Source of the DNA: Acidobacteriota bacterium
GTDB taxonomy: Bacteria > Acidobacteriota > UBA890 > WLXD01
Length of the DNA stretch: 64,000 bases
Direction of reading: 5' to 3'
Assembly (NCBI GenBank): GCA_963666055.2
Contig: CAXWPH010000003.1
Location: 96,001 to 160,000, forward strand
Shown: positions 13,790 to 23,172 of the stretch, in pieces
How positions within the stretch are numbered: the first letter of the stretch is position 1
Layout: every line of letters begins with the position of its first letter
Translations under genes and position numbers: made by a program
Notes under the pieces: generated by a model
Seen by the model: only the letters and a program-made list of their open reading frames with translations
Told to the model about the DNA's origin: nothing
The model's database searches: none

Positions 13790-14550
13790 ACGCCAAGCTG
13801 TGCCTGGTGGTGCGCCGCGAGGAGACCGGCATCGTGCACTACCTGCATACGAGCACCGGCAACTACAACGCCACGACAGCGCGCCTGTACACCGACATCG
13901 GGCTGTTCACCGCCGACCCCAAGATCTGCGCCGAGGCCGCCCGTCTCTTCAACGCTCTCACGGGCTACGCTGGTGGCGTCGAGTATGAGGAGTTGCTGGT
14001 GGCTCCGGGCCGCATGCGCGAGCGCCTGCTGTCCCGCATCGAGCGGGAGATCGAGTGCCACCGTGGCGATGGCGCAGGCTATCTGGCGATGGAGATGAAC
14101 GCGCTGGTCGACGCGGAGTGCATCATGGCGCTGTATCGCGCTTCGCAGGCCGGCGTTCAGATCGATCTGCAAGTGCGCGGCATCTGCTGCCTACGACCCG
14201 GGGTGGAAGGCGTCAGCGAGAACATCCGCGTCAGGTCGATCGTAGGCCGTTTCTGGAGCACGCGCGCGTCTACTATTTCCGCAACGGCGGCGACGAGGAG
14301 CTGCTCATCGGCAGTGCCGACCTCATGCCGCGAAACTTCGATAACCGCGTCGAGGTGCTGCTGCCGGTCCGCGACGCGGAAATGCGCGCCGGAATTCGGC
14401 GACGGATCATGGCAACTCACATGGCGGACAACGTCAACGCACGGCATCTTGCTGCGGATGGCGAGTATGTTCCCTCGGACCCGGCGGGCGCCCGACAAGC
14501 TTGATTCGCACCGGTGGATGATCGAACACCGGGGCACCTGGATGAGCTAG
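13790..14550 (+). pseudogene. ppk1: C-terminal remnant of polyphosphate kinase 1 with two frameshifts (~14252 and ~14485)
   Basis: AKLCLVVRRE...TGNYN...LYTDIGL...VRGICCLRPG...SIVGRF, then (other frame) LEHARVYYF...GSADLMPRN...RVE. The N-terminal half, including the phospho-His before AKL, is absent. Confidence 0.85.
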
Positions 14551-14873
14551 TAGGCGGTGGTGGACGTGTGGCGGGCCCCGCCGGGGCGTCGCCTGGCGTC
14601 AGGCCACCTCGCATCTGCGCTAACTCGCCGTAACCCGGCCCGTTACATTTCCACCACACCGGCCTACTCTGACCCCGTGTCCCGCGGCGGGCAGCGGCTT
14701 GAAGCGCGTCCGGCGCTCAGCGATAATCGCCCGGCGGCGAGGCTTCGCATTCGGCCTACCGTCGCCAGTTAGCCCCGCAGCGACGGCATGAGCGAGGGGC
14801 CTGTTTCTCGGGCTCAGACAGTGAAGCCTTCACGGACTTCTGAGTCGAGCCTCGGTCGGGGTGACCGGAAGAC

Positions 14874-15407
14874 ATGCTTGCCGCACAGGCAATTTTCTAC
14901 TACATGGCCGCAGCCAGCGTGGCGAGCGCGCTTCTGGCGGTGACCCGAAAGAACCCGATTCACAGCATGCTGTGGGTGCTGGCGCTTTTCCTGCACGTGG
15001 CGGGCATCTTTCTGCTGCTCGATGCTGAATTCCTGGCGGCAGTACAGGTCATCGTGTACGCCGGCGCCATACTCATCTTCTACCTATTCGTCCTGATGCT
15101 GCTCGACCTGCCGGGTGAAGAGGCGCGCCCGCGGTTCGGAAGGCACTGGCCGTTTGCCGCCGCTGTCGGGATCTCCTTTGCAGCCCTGGCCTGGCTCGCC
15201 CGGGTCGAGACCTTCGACCGCGATGCGGCTGGGGCGGCAACCGTAACGCGCGTTGCCGCGGACGCACCGGTGGAGGGTGGCCTCGAGGACATCGGGATGG
15301 CGTTGTTCGGCCCGTTTGCGCTGCCCTTCGAGATAGCGGGCCTGGTGCTTCTGGCTGCCATCGTGGGGGCGGTCGTCCTCGCCCGGAAGAGGGACACACC
15401 GTCTTGA
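14874..15407 (+). CDS. nuoJ: NADH-quinone oxidoreductase subunit J
   Basis: KNPIHS, AEFLAAVQVIVYAGAI, PFEIAGLVLLAAIVGAVVL. Confidence 0.93.
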   Translation: MLAAQAIFYYMAAASVASALLAVTRKNPIHSMLWVLALFLHVAGIFLLLDAEFLAAVQVIVYAGAILIFYLFVLMLLDLPGEEARPRFGRHWPFAAAVGISFAALAWLARVETFDRDAAGAATVTRVAADAPVEGGLEDIGMALFGPFALPFEIAGLVLLAAIVGAVVLARKRDTPS

Positions 15408-15709
15408 TTCCAGCTACCGGTGCGATTCTGGGGTTGAGCGCGGTTCTTTTCGGAATCGGCGCATTCGGCTTTCTTGCCCGCCGCAATATCATTCTCATGT
15501 TCGTCTCGGTCGAGGTCATGCTCAATGCCGTGAACCTCAGCCTGATCGGCTTTAGCCGCCACCTCGATGATCCGCGTGGCCAGGTGCTAGCCCTGTTCGT
15601 AATCGCGGTGGCGGCGGCGGAGGCGGGGGTTGGCCTGGGGCTGGTGATCGCGCTCAATCGGAACAAGCCCGGGGCAGGCGTAGCGGATCTAACCGAACTC
15701 AAGTGGTGA
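15404..15709 (+). CDS. nuoK: NADH-quinone oxidoreductase subunit K
   Basis: RRNIILMFVSVEVMLNAVN, VAAAEAGVGL. Confidence 0.93.
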   Translation: MIPATGAILGLSAVLFGIGAFGFLARRNIILMFVSVEVMLNAVNLSLIGFSRHLDDPRGQVLALFVIAVAAAEAGVGLGLVIALNRNKPGAGVADLTELKW

Positions 15710-15710
15710 C

Positions 15711-17168
15711 ATGCGGTTGCTCCCACTGATTGTCGTTCTTGTGCCAGCCGTCGGCGCACTCCTGATCGCGTGCACCGGCGAGCGTCGCGCCAACCTGCGA
15801 GAGTTCTGGTCGGTTGCGGCCGGCGTCGTCATGTTCACCCTGACAGCGCTGATGATTCCCGAGGTCCTGGCCGGCAGCTCGCCGGGAAGCGTGCTGTTCC
15901 ATGTTCTCCCGGGCGTCGATTTGGCTTTTCGGGTCGACGCCTTCGGCCTGCTCTTCGCTCTGGGCGCGTCGTTGCTCTGGACCCTCACGTCGTTTTACTC
16001 GATCGGCTACATGCGCACGCTCGAGGAACATGCCCAGACTCGCTACTTCTCCTGCTTCGCGCTGGCGCTGTCGACCACTGTTGCGGTGGCGTTTTCGGCC
16101 AACCTGTTTACGTTGTTCGTGTTCTACGAAGGATTGACCTTCGTTACCTACCCGCTGGTTGCGCACAAGGAGACCGACGAGGCGAGGGCCGGGGCGCGCA
16201 AGTACCTGATCTACCTTCTCGGCGCCGCGAAGCTTTGCCTGCTACCCGCCATCATCTTGATCTACAACGTTGCCGGCACCTTGGAGTTCCGCAGCGGTGG
16301 CATCGTGGGGGCGGCGCAGGCAGCGCAACAGCCCACCTTGCTGCTGGTGATCTTCGCGCTCTTCTTGTTCGGCTTCGCCAAGAACGCGCTCATGCCGCTG
16401 CATAGCTGGCTACCGGCCGCGATGGTGGCGCCGACCCCGGTGAGCGCGCTGCTGCACGCTGTGGCGGTGGTCAAGACAGGTGTCTTCTCCACACTCAGGG
16501 TCTTTCTCTTTGTCTTCGGGGCCGACGCCATGCGCGAGATCGGCGCCGATCAATTGGCCTTGGCGGTTGCCTCCGTGACCATCTTGATGGCGTCGCTGTT
16601 GGCGCTCGGTCAGGACAACCTCAAGGCCCGGCTGGCCTTCTCCACCGTCAGTCAGCTCTCCTACATCATTCTGGGCGCGGCGCTGTTGAACGCCAGCGGC
16701 GTGATGGGCGGGGTCGCCCACATCACCAACCACGCTGTTTCGAAGATCACGCTTTTCATGTGCGCCGGGTCGATCTACGTATCCACCCACAAGACCGAGA
16801 TCAGTCAGCTTTCGGGCATCGCCCGCCGCATGCCGTGGACCATGGCGGCTTTCGCTCTTGCCTCGCTGAGCATCGTGGGGATTCCGCTCACCAGCGGCTT
16901 CGTTTCCAAGTGGAACATTGCCCTCGGCACCGTCGACGGCCACAGCATCGTGCTGTTGGGGGTGCTTCTGCTGAGCTCGCTCCTGAGCGCTGCGTACCTT
17001 GGCCCGGTGGTCTACAAGGCGTACTTTGAACCGGAGGCGCCCGACGCTGAGGAGATCCGCGAGGTGCCGTGGATGGTGGCCCCCCTGGTGGTCAGCGCCG
17101 CCGCAAGCCTGCTCCTGGGTATCTTCCCCGGGTTCGTATTGGACTTGGCCGGAAGGGTTATGCCATGA
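15711..17168 (+). CDS. MrpD-type cation/H+ antiporter-like subunit (extra complex I membrane subunit)
   Basis: LFVFYE, PLHSWLPAAMVAPTPVSALLHAVAVVK, LKARLAFSTVSQL, GFVSKW; no NuoL C-terminal tail. Confidence 0.85.
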   Translation: MRLLPLIVVLVPAVGALLIACTGERRANLREFWSVAAGVVMFTLTALMIPEVLAGSSPGSVLFHVLPGVDLAFRVDAFGLLFALGASLLWTLTSFYSIGYMRTLEEHAQTRYFSCFALALSTTVAVAFSANLFTLFVFYEGLTFVTYPLVAHKETDEARAGARKYLIYLLGAAKLCLLPAIILIYNVAGTLEFRSGGIVGAAQAAQQPTLLLVIFALFLFGFAKNALMPLHSWLPAAMVAPTPVSALLHAVAVVKTGVFSTLRVFLFVFGADAMREIGADQLALAVASVTILMASLLALGQDNLKARLAFSTVSQLSYIILGAALLNASGVMGGVAHITNHAVSKITLFMCAGSIYVSTHKTEISQLSGIARRMPWTMAAFALASLSIVGIPLTSGFVSKWNIALGTVDGHSIVLLGVLLLSSLLSAAYLGPVVYKAYFEPEAPDAEEIREVPWMVAPLVVSAAASLLLGIFPGFVLDLAGRVMP

Positions 17169-17428
17169 GCTTCTTGGAGAGGCACCTGGAGGATCCCGTA
17201 CGCTTGGCGCGCGTCAGACGGTTCTTCTACGCCGTGCTGGCGGTGATCGCGCTGGCCGAGATCGGGTTGCCGTTGGTGTACGGCTACGGCCACCCGCACT
17301 TTTCTTTCGAGCGCTTTCCGGCATGGGGCTCGATCTACGGGTTGGTCTCGTGCGTGGCCATCATCGTCGTCTCCAAGCTCATAGGAAAAGCCTGGCTGAT
17401 GCGCCCCGAGGGCCACTATGAAGACTGA
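17165..17428 (+). CDS. Small 2-TM membrane protein between the antiporter-like genes
   Basis: ATGA overlap with the upstream stop. MSFLERHLED...HFSFERFPAWGSIYGLVSC...LMRPEGHYED. Confidence 0.75.
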   Translation: MSFLERHLEDPVRLARVRRFFYAVLAVIALAEIGLPLVYGYGHPHFSFERFPAWGSIYGLVSCVAIIVVSKLIGKAWLMRPEGHYED

Positions 17429-17434
17429 GTGCCG

Positions 17435-19198
17435 ATGAGTCTCGAGTGGGTACACCCCGGCCTTATCCTCATCCTAGGTGCGTGGGTGTTGCCTGTCCTC
17501 AAGGGCCGGATGAAGCGCGTCGCGATGCTGGCGCTGCCGGCGGCGGCGGTCATCGCCTGCTGGACTACGACACCAGGGATGTACGGCGTGGTGCGATTCC
17601 TGGGGCAGGAGCTCGTGTTCGGTCGCGCCGACAGCCTGAGCCTGGTGTTCTCCTACGTGTTCTCGATCATGGCCTTCGTGGGCATGGTGTACGCGCTTCA
17701 CGTCGACGACGACTCCCAACACGTCAGCGCCCTGACGTACGCTGGCGGCGCGCTCGGTGTGACCTTCGCCGGAGACTTCCTGTCGCTCTATATTTTCTGG
17801 GAGCTGATGGCAGTTTCCTCAGTGTTTCTGGTGTGGCTGCGTCGCGAGGAATCTGCGGTGGCGGCGGGGTTCCGCTACCTGCTGGTGCACGTGGTCGGAG
17901 GCCTGGTCCTGTTGGCGGGGATCGTGCTCCACTGGTCTGCTGTCGGGTCGCTCGCGTTCGGCGACCTGGGCGCCTTCTCGGGCGGCGCCGGCTGGACCCT
18001 GATCCTCATCGCTTTCCTGATCAACGCGGCGGTTCCGCCCTTCGGGGCATGGCTTCCCGATGCGTATCCCGAAGCCACGGTCACCGGTGGTGTCTTCATG
18101 ACCGCGTTCACCACCAAGTCCGCGGTGTATGCGCTGATTCGCGGCTTCGCCGGCACAGAGTTCCTGGTGTGGCTAGGAGCGGCGATGGCGGTTTATGGCG
18201 TGGTCTACGCGGTGCTGGAAAACGATGCGCGCCGGTTGCTCGCGTACCACATCATCAGTCAGGTGGGCTACATGGTGTGCGGCGTGGGTATCGGAACCGC
18301 GCTGGCCATCAACGGCGCTACCGCGCACGCGTTTGCGCACATTCTCTACAAGGCGCTGCTGTTCATGGGCGCAGGCGCCGTGCTACAGGTGACCGGCCGA
18401 CGCAAGCTCAGCGAGATGGGTGGGCTCTACAAGACCATGCCGATTACTCTCGGGCTGTACATGATCGGCGCGTTCGCGATCTCCGCGGTGCCCTTGTTCA
18501 GCGGTTTCGTGAGCAAGTCGATGGTGGTCTCGGCCGCCGGCGAGTCTCACATGGCGGCGATTTTCCTGATTCTGACTTTGGCTTCGGCCGGCACCTTCCT
18601 GCATACCGGCCTGAAGCTCCCCTACTACATGTTCTTCGCCAAGGACTCAGGCCTGCGCGCCCACGAGCCGCCCAGGAACATGCTCGTGGCGATGGGCCTG
18701 GCGGCGGTTGCGTGCGCCGTGATCGGGGTGTTTCCGCGGCTCCTGTATCAGTTCCTGCCCAATCCTGTGGAGTACCACGCATACACGTTGGCGCACGTCA
18801 CCAACACTCTCGGCATGCTCGGCTTCACCGCGCTGGGTTTCTTCCTGCTGCTCAAGCAACTCGACCCGGAGCGCAAGATCAGCCTCGACACCGACTGGTT
18901 CTACCGCCGTGGCTCTGCTGGGTTCCTGTCCCTGGTGAACAAGCCGTTGGCTCGCCTCGAGTACGGCTTCGTAGGCGAGATCTATGAGTTCGTGATCCAG
19001 CGGCCGGTGCTGAGCGTGGCCCGGGTGGTGCGTAGCTTCGACGGCATCGTCGTCGATTCCGGGATCGTCGGCGTGGGACGCTTCACGCAGTTGCTGAGCC
19101 GGATCGCTCAGTTTGGGGCGAGTGGACACGCCCAGCAATATGGGTTGCTCATGGCGGCCGGAATCCTGGCCGTGCTCGCCTGGATGCTCGTTCGATGA
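17435..19198 (+). CDS. Na+/H+ antiporter subunit D-like protein with a NuoL-type C-terminal lateral helix (occupies the NuoL role)
   Basis: YIFWELMA, AWLPDAYPEAT, FTTKSAVY, RRLLAYHIISQVG; tail IYEFVIQRPV...FDGIVVDSGIVGVG...SGHAQQY. Confidence 0.8.
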   Translation: MSLEWVHPGLILILGAWVLPVLKGRMKRVAMLALPAAAVIACWTTTPGMYGVVRFLGQELVFGRADSLSLVFSYVFSIMAFVGMVYALHVDDDSQHVSALTYAGGALGVTFAGDFLSLYIFWELMAVSSVFLVWLRREESAVAAGFRYLLVHVVGGLVLLAGIVLHWSAVGSLAFGDLGAFSGGAGWTLILIAFLINAAVPPFGAWLPDAYPEATVTGGVFMTAFTTKSAVYALIRGFAGTEFLVWLGAAMAVYGVVYAVLENDARRLLAYHIISQVGYMVCGVGIGTALAINGATAHAFAHILYKALLFMGAGAVLQVTGRRKLSEMGGLYKTMPITLGLYMIGAFAISAVPLFSGFVSKSMVVSAAGESHMAAIFLILTLASAGTFLHTGLKLPYYMFFAKDSGLRAHEPPRNMLVAMGLAAVACAVIGVFPRLLYQFLPNPVEYHAYTLAHVTNTLGMLGFTALGFFLLLKQLDPERKISLDTDWFYRRGSAGFLSLVNKPLARLEYGFVGEIYEFVIQRPVLSVARVVRSFDGIVVDSGIVGVGRFTQLLSRIAQFGASGHAQQYGLLMAAGILAVLAWMLVR

Positions 19199-20664
19199 TG
19201 GGCTATCCTGTCTTATCGGTCACCACGTTCCTGCCCCTACTGGGCGCGGCGGTGATCTTGCTGATCGGCGGCGCGCGGCGGGCGCGCTGGATCGCACTGG
19301 CTACGACCTTGGCGACGCTGGCCGTTTCGTTGCCGCTATTTACCGGCTTCGAGAAGGGCTCGGGTGCTCTGCAGTTCGTCGAATCCGCCGATTGGATCCC
19401 GGCCTGGAACATCCAGTACAGCATGGGCGTAGACGGAATCAGCCTTCCGTTCATATTCCTCGCGGCGCTGTTGAGCGTGCTCTGCGTCGGCGTCTCGTGG
19501 ACGGCCGTGCAGACGAAGCCGCGCGAGTTCTACGCCGCGCTGCTGGTGGCCGAGACGGCGATGATCGGGCTGTTCGCCGCGTCGAACCTGTTTCTCTTCT
19601 TTGTTTTCTGGGAGCTCATCGTCATTCCCATCTTCCTGCTGGTCGGTGTTTGGGGCGGGCCAGGGCGCGTTTTCGCCGCCGTCAAGTTCCTCATCTTCAC
19701 CTTGGCCGGAAGCGTGTTGATGCTTGTGGGGATGATCGCCTTGCACCAGGCTTATGGCACCCTCGACTTCAGGGCGCTTGCTGTTGCCCGGCAGCAACTT
19801 GACCCGGCCACGCAGGGTTGGCTGTTCGCCGCGTTCCTCGCCGCGTTTGCCGTCAAGGTGCCGATGTTCCCAGTGCACACCTGGCTACCGAACGCCCACA
19901 CCGAGGCGCCCACGGCGGGGAGTGTGATTCTGGCTGGAATTCTCCTCAAGATGGGCGCCTACGGGTTCCTGCGGGTCTCGCTCCCCATTCTGCCCGAGGG
20001 CGTGCAGCTGTTCCTCACGCCCATGTTGGTGGTCTCTGCGCTGGCGATCGTCTACGGCGCCTACGTGACCTTGGTGCAGACCGACGTCAAACGGCTTATT
20101 GCCTACTCCAGCGTGAGCCACATGGGCTTCGTGACGCTGGGCATCTTCACGCTCGAGCAGAGCGGAGTCGAGGGTGCGATTCTCCAGATGATCAACCACG
20201 GGATCGTCTCGGCGGCGCTGTTCCTGTGCGTCGGGATGATCTACGAGCGTACCCATACGCGCGAGATCAGCGACTATGGCGGGCTCGCCAAGGTGGCACC
20301 TGTGTACAGCACGATGCTGGCGTTTTTCTGCCTGGCCGCCACCGGACTTCCGGGATTGAATTCCTTCGTCGGCGAGTTCCTGATCATCAGCGGTGCGTTC
20401 AAGACGCAGGTATGGCTTGGTGTTGCTGCCGTCTGGGGGGTCGCCCTGGGGACGGCCTACATGGTCTGGCTGTACTACCGGATGGTGATGGGGCAGACCA
20501 ACCCCGGGCTCGAGGGGCTCAAGCTCGAGCTCAATTCGCGTGAGCTCGTGACCCTGGCGCCGCTGGTCTTGCTCGCCTTGTGCCTAGGTCTCTATCCGGA
20601 GCTCGTCCTGTCCTATCTTCGTGTGCCTGTGGCGGAGCTGTTGGCCATCGGAGGGCTGCAATGA
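19195..20664 (+). CDS. nuoM: NADH-quinone oxidoreductase subunit M
   Basis: GVDGIS, FFVFWE, VKVPMFPVHTWLPNAHTEAPT, LKMGAYG, KRLIAYSSVSHMG, FVGEF. Confidence 0.93.
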   Translation: MMGYPVLSVTTFLPLLGAAVILLIGGARRARWIALATTLATLAVSLPLFTGFEKGSGALQFVESADWIPAWNIQYSMGVDGISLPFIFLAALLSVLCVGVSWTAVQTKPREFYAALLVAETAMIGLFAASNLFLFFVFWELIVIPIFLLVGVWGGPGRVFAAVKFLIFTLAGSVLMLVGMIALHQAYGTLDFRALAVARQQLDPATQGWLFAAFLAAFAVKVPMFPVHTWLPNAHTEAPTAGSVILAGILLKMGAYGFLRVSLPILPEGVQLFLTPMLVVSALAIVYGAYVTLVQTDVKRLIAYSSVSHMGFVTLGIFTLEQSGVEGAILQMINHGIVSAALFLCVGMIYERTHTREISDYGGLAKVAPVYSTMLAFFCLAATGLPGLNSFVGEFLIISGAFKTQVWLGVAAVWGVALGTAYMVWLYYRMVMGQTNPGLEGLKLELNSRELVTLAPLVLLALCLGLYPELVLSYLRVPVAELLAIGGLQ

Positions 20665-22082
20665 AGGGTCCGAGCGCCGCCGATCTGGCCCTGCTGATTC
20701 CTGAGCTGATCTTCGTCGTCGCTGCGCTGGTGCTCATGCTCGCCGCGCGCCGGATCCGCAGGGGCCAGGTGGCCTCGGTCGGTACTGTGGTCGCTGCACT
20801 GGTTGCGCTCGTTGCGGCGAGTCAAACGCTGTCCTGGGGGCCGATCAACGGATTCTCGGGCATGCTTGTGCTCGACGGCTACTCGCAGTTCTTCAAGATT
20901 CTGATCGTCGCGACGCTCGTGTTGACCACCCTCCTCTCGGTGGGTCGCCGTGCTGGCGACGGCGTCCCGCGCGGCGACTATCACGTGCTGTTGTTGCTCG
21001 CCGCCACGGGAATGATGATCTCGGTTTCAGCCGCAGATCTCATACCGCTCTACCTGAGCTTGGAGCTCATGACGATTTGCTCGTACATCCTCGTCGGCAT
21101 CCGGGTAGAGAGGCCGACGTCGAACGAGGCGGCGATCAAGTACTTCCTCCTCAGCTCCTTCTCTTCCGCGTTTTTCCTTTTTGGTATCAGCCTGATTTAT
21201 GGGCTCACCGGTACGACAGCCTATGACGGCATCGCCTCGGCGTTGCACTCGCGAGGCCTGGTTAGCCAACCGTTTCTGCTGATCGCCATCGGGCTGATTG
21301 TGGCCGGGCTTGCCTTCAAGATCGCGGCCGTACCTTTTCACGCCTGGGCTCCAGATGCCTACCAGGGGGCGAGTGCGCCGGTCGCGGCGTTCTTGGCGGC
21401 CGGCTCCAAAGCGGCCGGGCTGGCGGCGCTGGGACGCCTCTTCCTGATCGCGTTCGGTACCGAGGTGGGCGTGCTCTCGACGATCGCGGTGGGACTGGCC
21501 GGCCTGTCCTTGCTCGTGGGCAGCATCTTGGCGCTGTCCCAGACCAACATGAAACGGCTGCTGGCCTATTCGTCCATTGCCCACGCCGGGTATGCCCTCC
21601 TCGGTCTGATCGCCGGGACCCCCGCGGGCCTCTCCGCCACCATGACCTATGTGTTCTTCTATGTGTTCATGACGCTAGGGGCCTTCAGCGTAGTCATCGC
21701 ACTGGGCGAGCGCGGCGAGAGGCTGGATGGTTTTGCTGGCCTGGCGACGCAGCGACCGGGCACGGCGGCGCTCATGCTCTTGTTCATGCTGTCGCTGACC
21801 GGGTTCCCGCCGACGGCCGGATTCGTGGCCAAGTTCGGTGTCATCACCAGTGCAGTGCAGGCGGGCCAGATCGCGCTGGCGGTTCTTGCGGTGGCCTGCA
21901 GTGTGATCACAGCGTTCGTATACATGCGCGTAGCCGTTCTGATGTACATGAACAACACCATCGCACCGGCCCCGGCGCGTTTCCCGCTGGCGGTGACGGC
22001 GGCGCTCGCCGTGGCGGCTCTGGTCACCCTGGTGGGTGGGATCTTCCCGGCCAGCGTGATGTCGTGGACAGTAACGCCATGA
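20661..22082 (+). CDS. nuoN: NADH-quinone oxidoreductase subunit N
   Basis: EAAIKYF, FKIAAVPFHAWAPDAYQG, KRLLAYSSIAHAGY, GFVAKF. ATG at 20661 overlaps the nuoM stop. Confidence 0.93.
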   Translation: MKGPSAADLALLIPELIFVVAALVLMLAARRIRRGQVASVGTVVAALVALVAASQTLSWGPINGFSGMLVLDGYSQFFKILIVATLVLTTLLSVGRRAGDGVPRGDYHVLLLLAATGMMISVSAADLIPLYLSLELMTICSYILVGIRVERPTSNEAAIKYFLLSSFSSAFFLFGISLIYGLTGTTAYDGIASALHSRGLVSQPFLLIAIGLIVAGLAFKIAAVPFHAWAPDAYQGASAPVAAFLAAGSKAAGLAALGRLFLIAFGTEVGVLSTIAVGLAGLSLLVGSILALSQTNMKRLLAYSSIAHAGYALLGLIAGTPAGLSATMTYVFFYVFMTLGAFSVVIALGERGERLDGFAGLATQRPGTAALMLLFMLSLTGFPPTAGFVAKFGVITSAVQAGQIALAVLAVACSVITAFVYMRVAVLMYMNNTIAPAPARFPLAVTAALAVAALVTLVGGIFPASVMSWTVTP

Positions 22083-22215
22083 ATCCTGCAGCGCTGCGAG
22101 ATACCGCGTTTCCGCCCGCGCCAGTTGCAAGGCCACGAGTGCTAAGTTACTTGCCGCGCGGGACACTAGTTTCTGAGGTCAGCCTCCAACCGCTCGCTAT
22201 CGAGGTCGTCGTCTG

Positions 22216-22569
22216 GTGAACGAGTACATCGGGATAGCCGTCATATTCGTGCTCGCCGGTGGCCTCGCGGCCACCATGGTCGCGTTGGGCTCGGTGCTGG
22301 GAAAGAAGAATCCCACCGCCGTAAAGCTAGCGCCGTTCGAGTGTGGCCAGGAGCCGTTCTCCCTGCCTACGGGGAAGCTGGCGGTGAAGTTCTACCTCAC
22401 CGCGATCCTGTTCATCCTGTTCGATGTCGAGCTCGTGTTCCTCTACCCGTGGGCGGTGCTCTACCGACGGCTCGGGCTCCTCGGTCTGGTGGAGATGGGG
22501 GTGTTCCTAGCCATCTTGATGGTCGGCTACGTCTACGCCCGGGACAACGGCGCCCTGGATTGGAAGTGA
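22216..22569 (+). CDS. nuoA: NADH-quinone oxidoreductase subunit A
   Basis: PFECG, FILFDVELVFLYPWA, GALDW. Confidence 0.95.
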   Translation: MNEYIGIAVIFVLAGGLAATMVALGSVLGKKNPTAVKLAPFECGQEPFSLPTGKLAVKFYLTAILFILFDVELVFLYPWAVLYRRLGLLGLVEMGVFLAILMVGYVYARDNGALDWK

Positions 22570-22571
22570 CA

Positions 22572-23150
22572 ATGGAGAACGCTTTACTCGAATCGGTCGC
22601 CAACCGATTCCCGGACGCCGGCCTCGCCTCATACACGTACCGGGGCGACGCCACGGTCGTCTTGCGCCGCGAGAGCCTGCTCGAGGTGGCCCGTTTCCTC
22701 AAGGAGGACTCGGCGCTACAGATGAACTTCCTGGTGGACGTGACCGCGGTGGACTATTCCGCTTTCGGGAAGGGGCCGGCGCCAGCCTTTTTTGCATCCT
22801 CAGGCGTGTCGGTGAGGCCGTCCCCGCAGATTCCAGAATCAGAATCGTGGCCGGGCCCCCCGGACGACGCGCGTTTTGCGGTCGTATACCACTTCTACTC
22901 CATGACCCATAAGCATCGGCTGCGGCTGGTGGTGCCGACGCCGGAGAGCACGCCGGAGGTAGATTCGCTGACCTCGCTGTGGCCGGGAGCCAATTGGCTC
23001 GAGCGCGAGGTATGGGACATGTTCGGGATTCGTTTCGCCGGGCATCCGGATCTGCGGCGGATCCTCATGTACGAGGAGTTCGAAGGTCACGCGTTGCGCA
23101 AGGACTATCCCGTTAACAAGCGCCAGCCTCTGATCGGGCCGCACAACTAG
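22572..23150 (+). CDS. nuoC: NADH-quinone oxidoreductase subunit C (with ~30-aa insert)
   Basis: DVTAVDY, RFAVVYHFYS, ANWLEREVWDMFGI, GHALRKDYP. Confidence 0.92.
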   Translation: MENALLESVANRFPDAGLASYTYRGDATVVLRRESLLEVARFLKEDSALQMNFLVDVTAVDYSAFGKGPAPAFFASSGVSVRPSPQIPESESWPGPPDDARFAVVYHFYSMTHKHRLRLVVPTPESTPEVDSLTSLWPGANWLEREVWDMFGIRFAGHPDLRRILMYEEFEGHALRKDYPVNKRQPLIGPHN

Positions 23151-23172
23151 TGTCGCGCACGGAAAACTAGCC

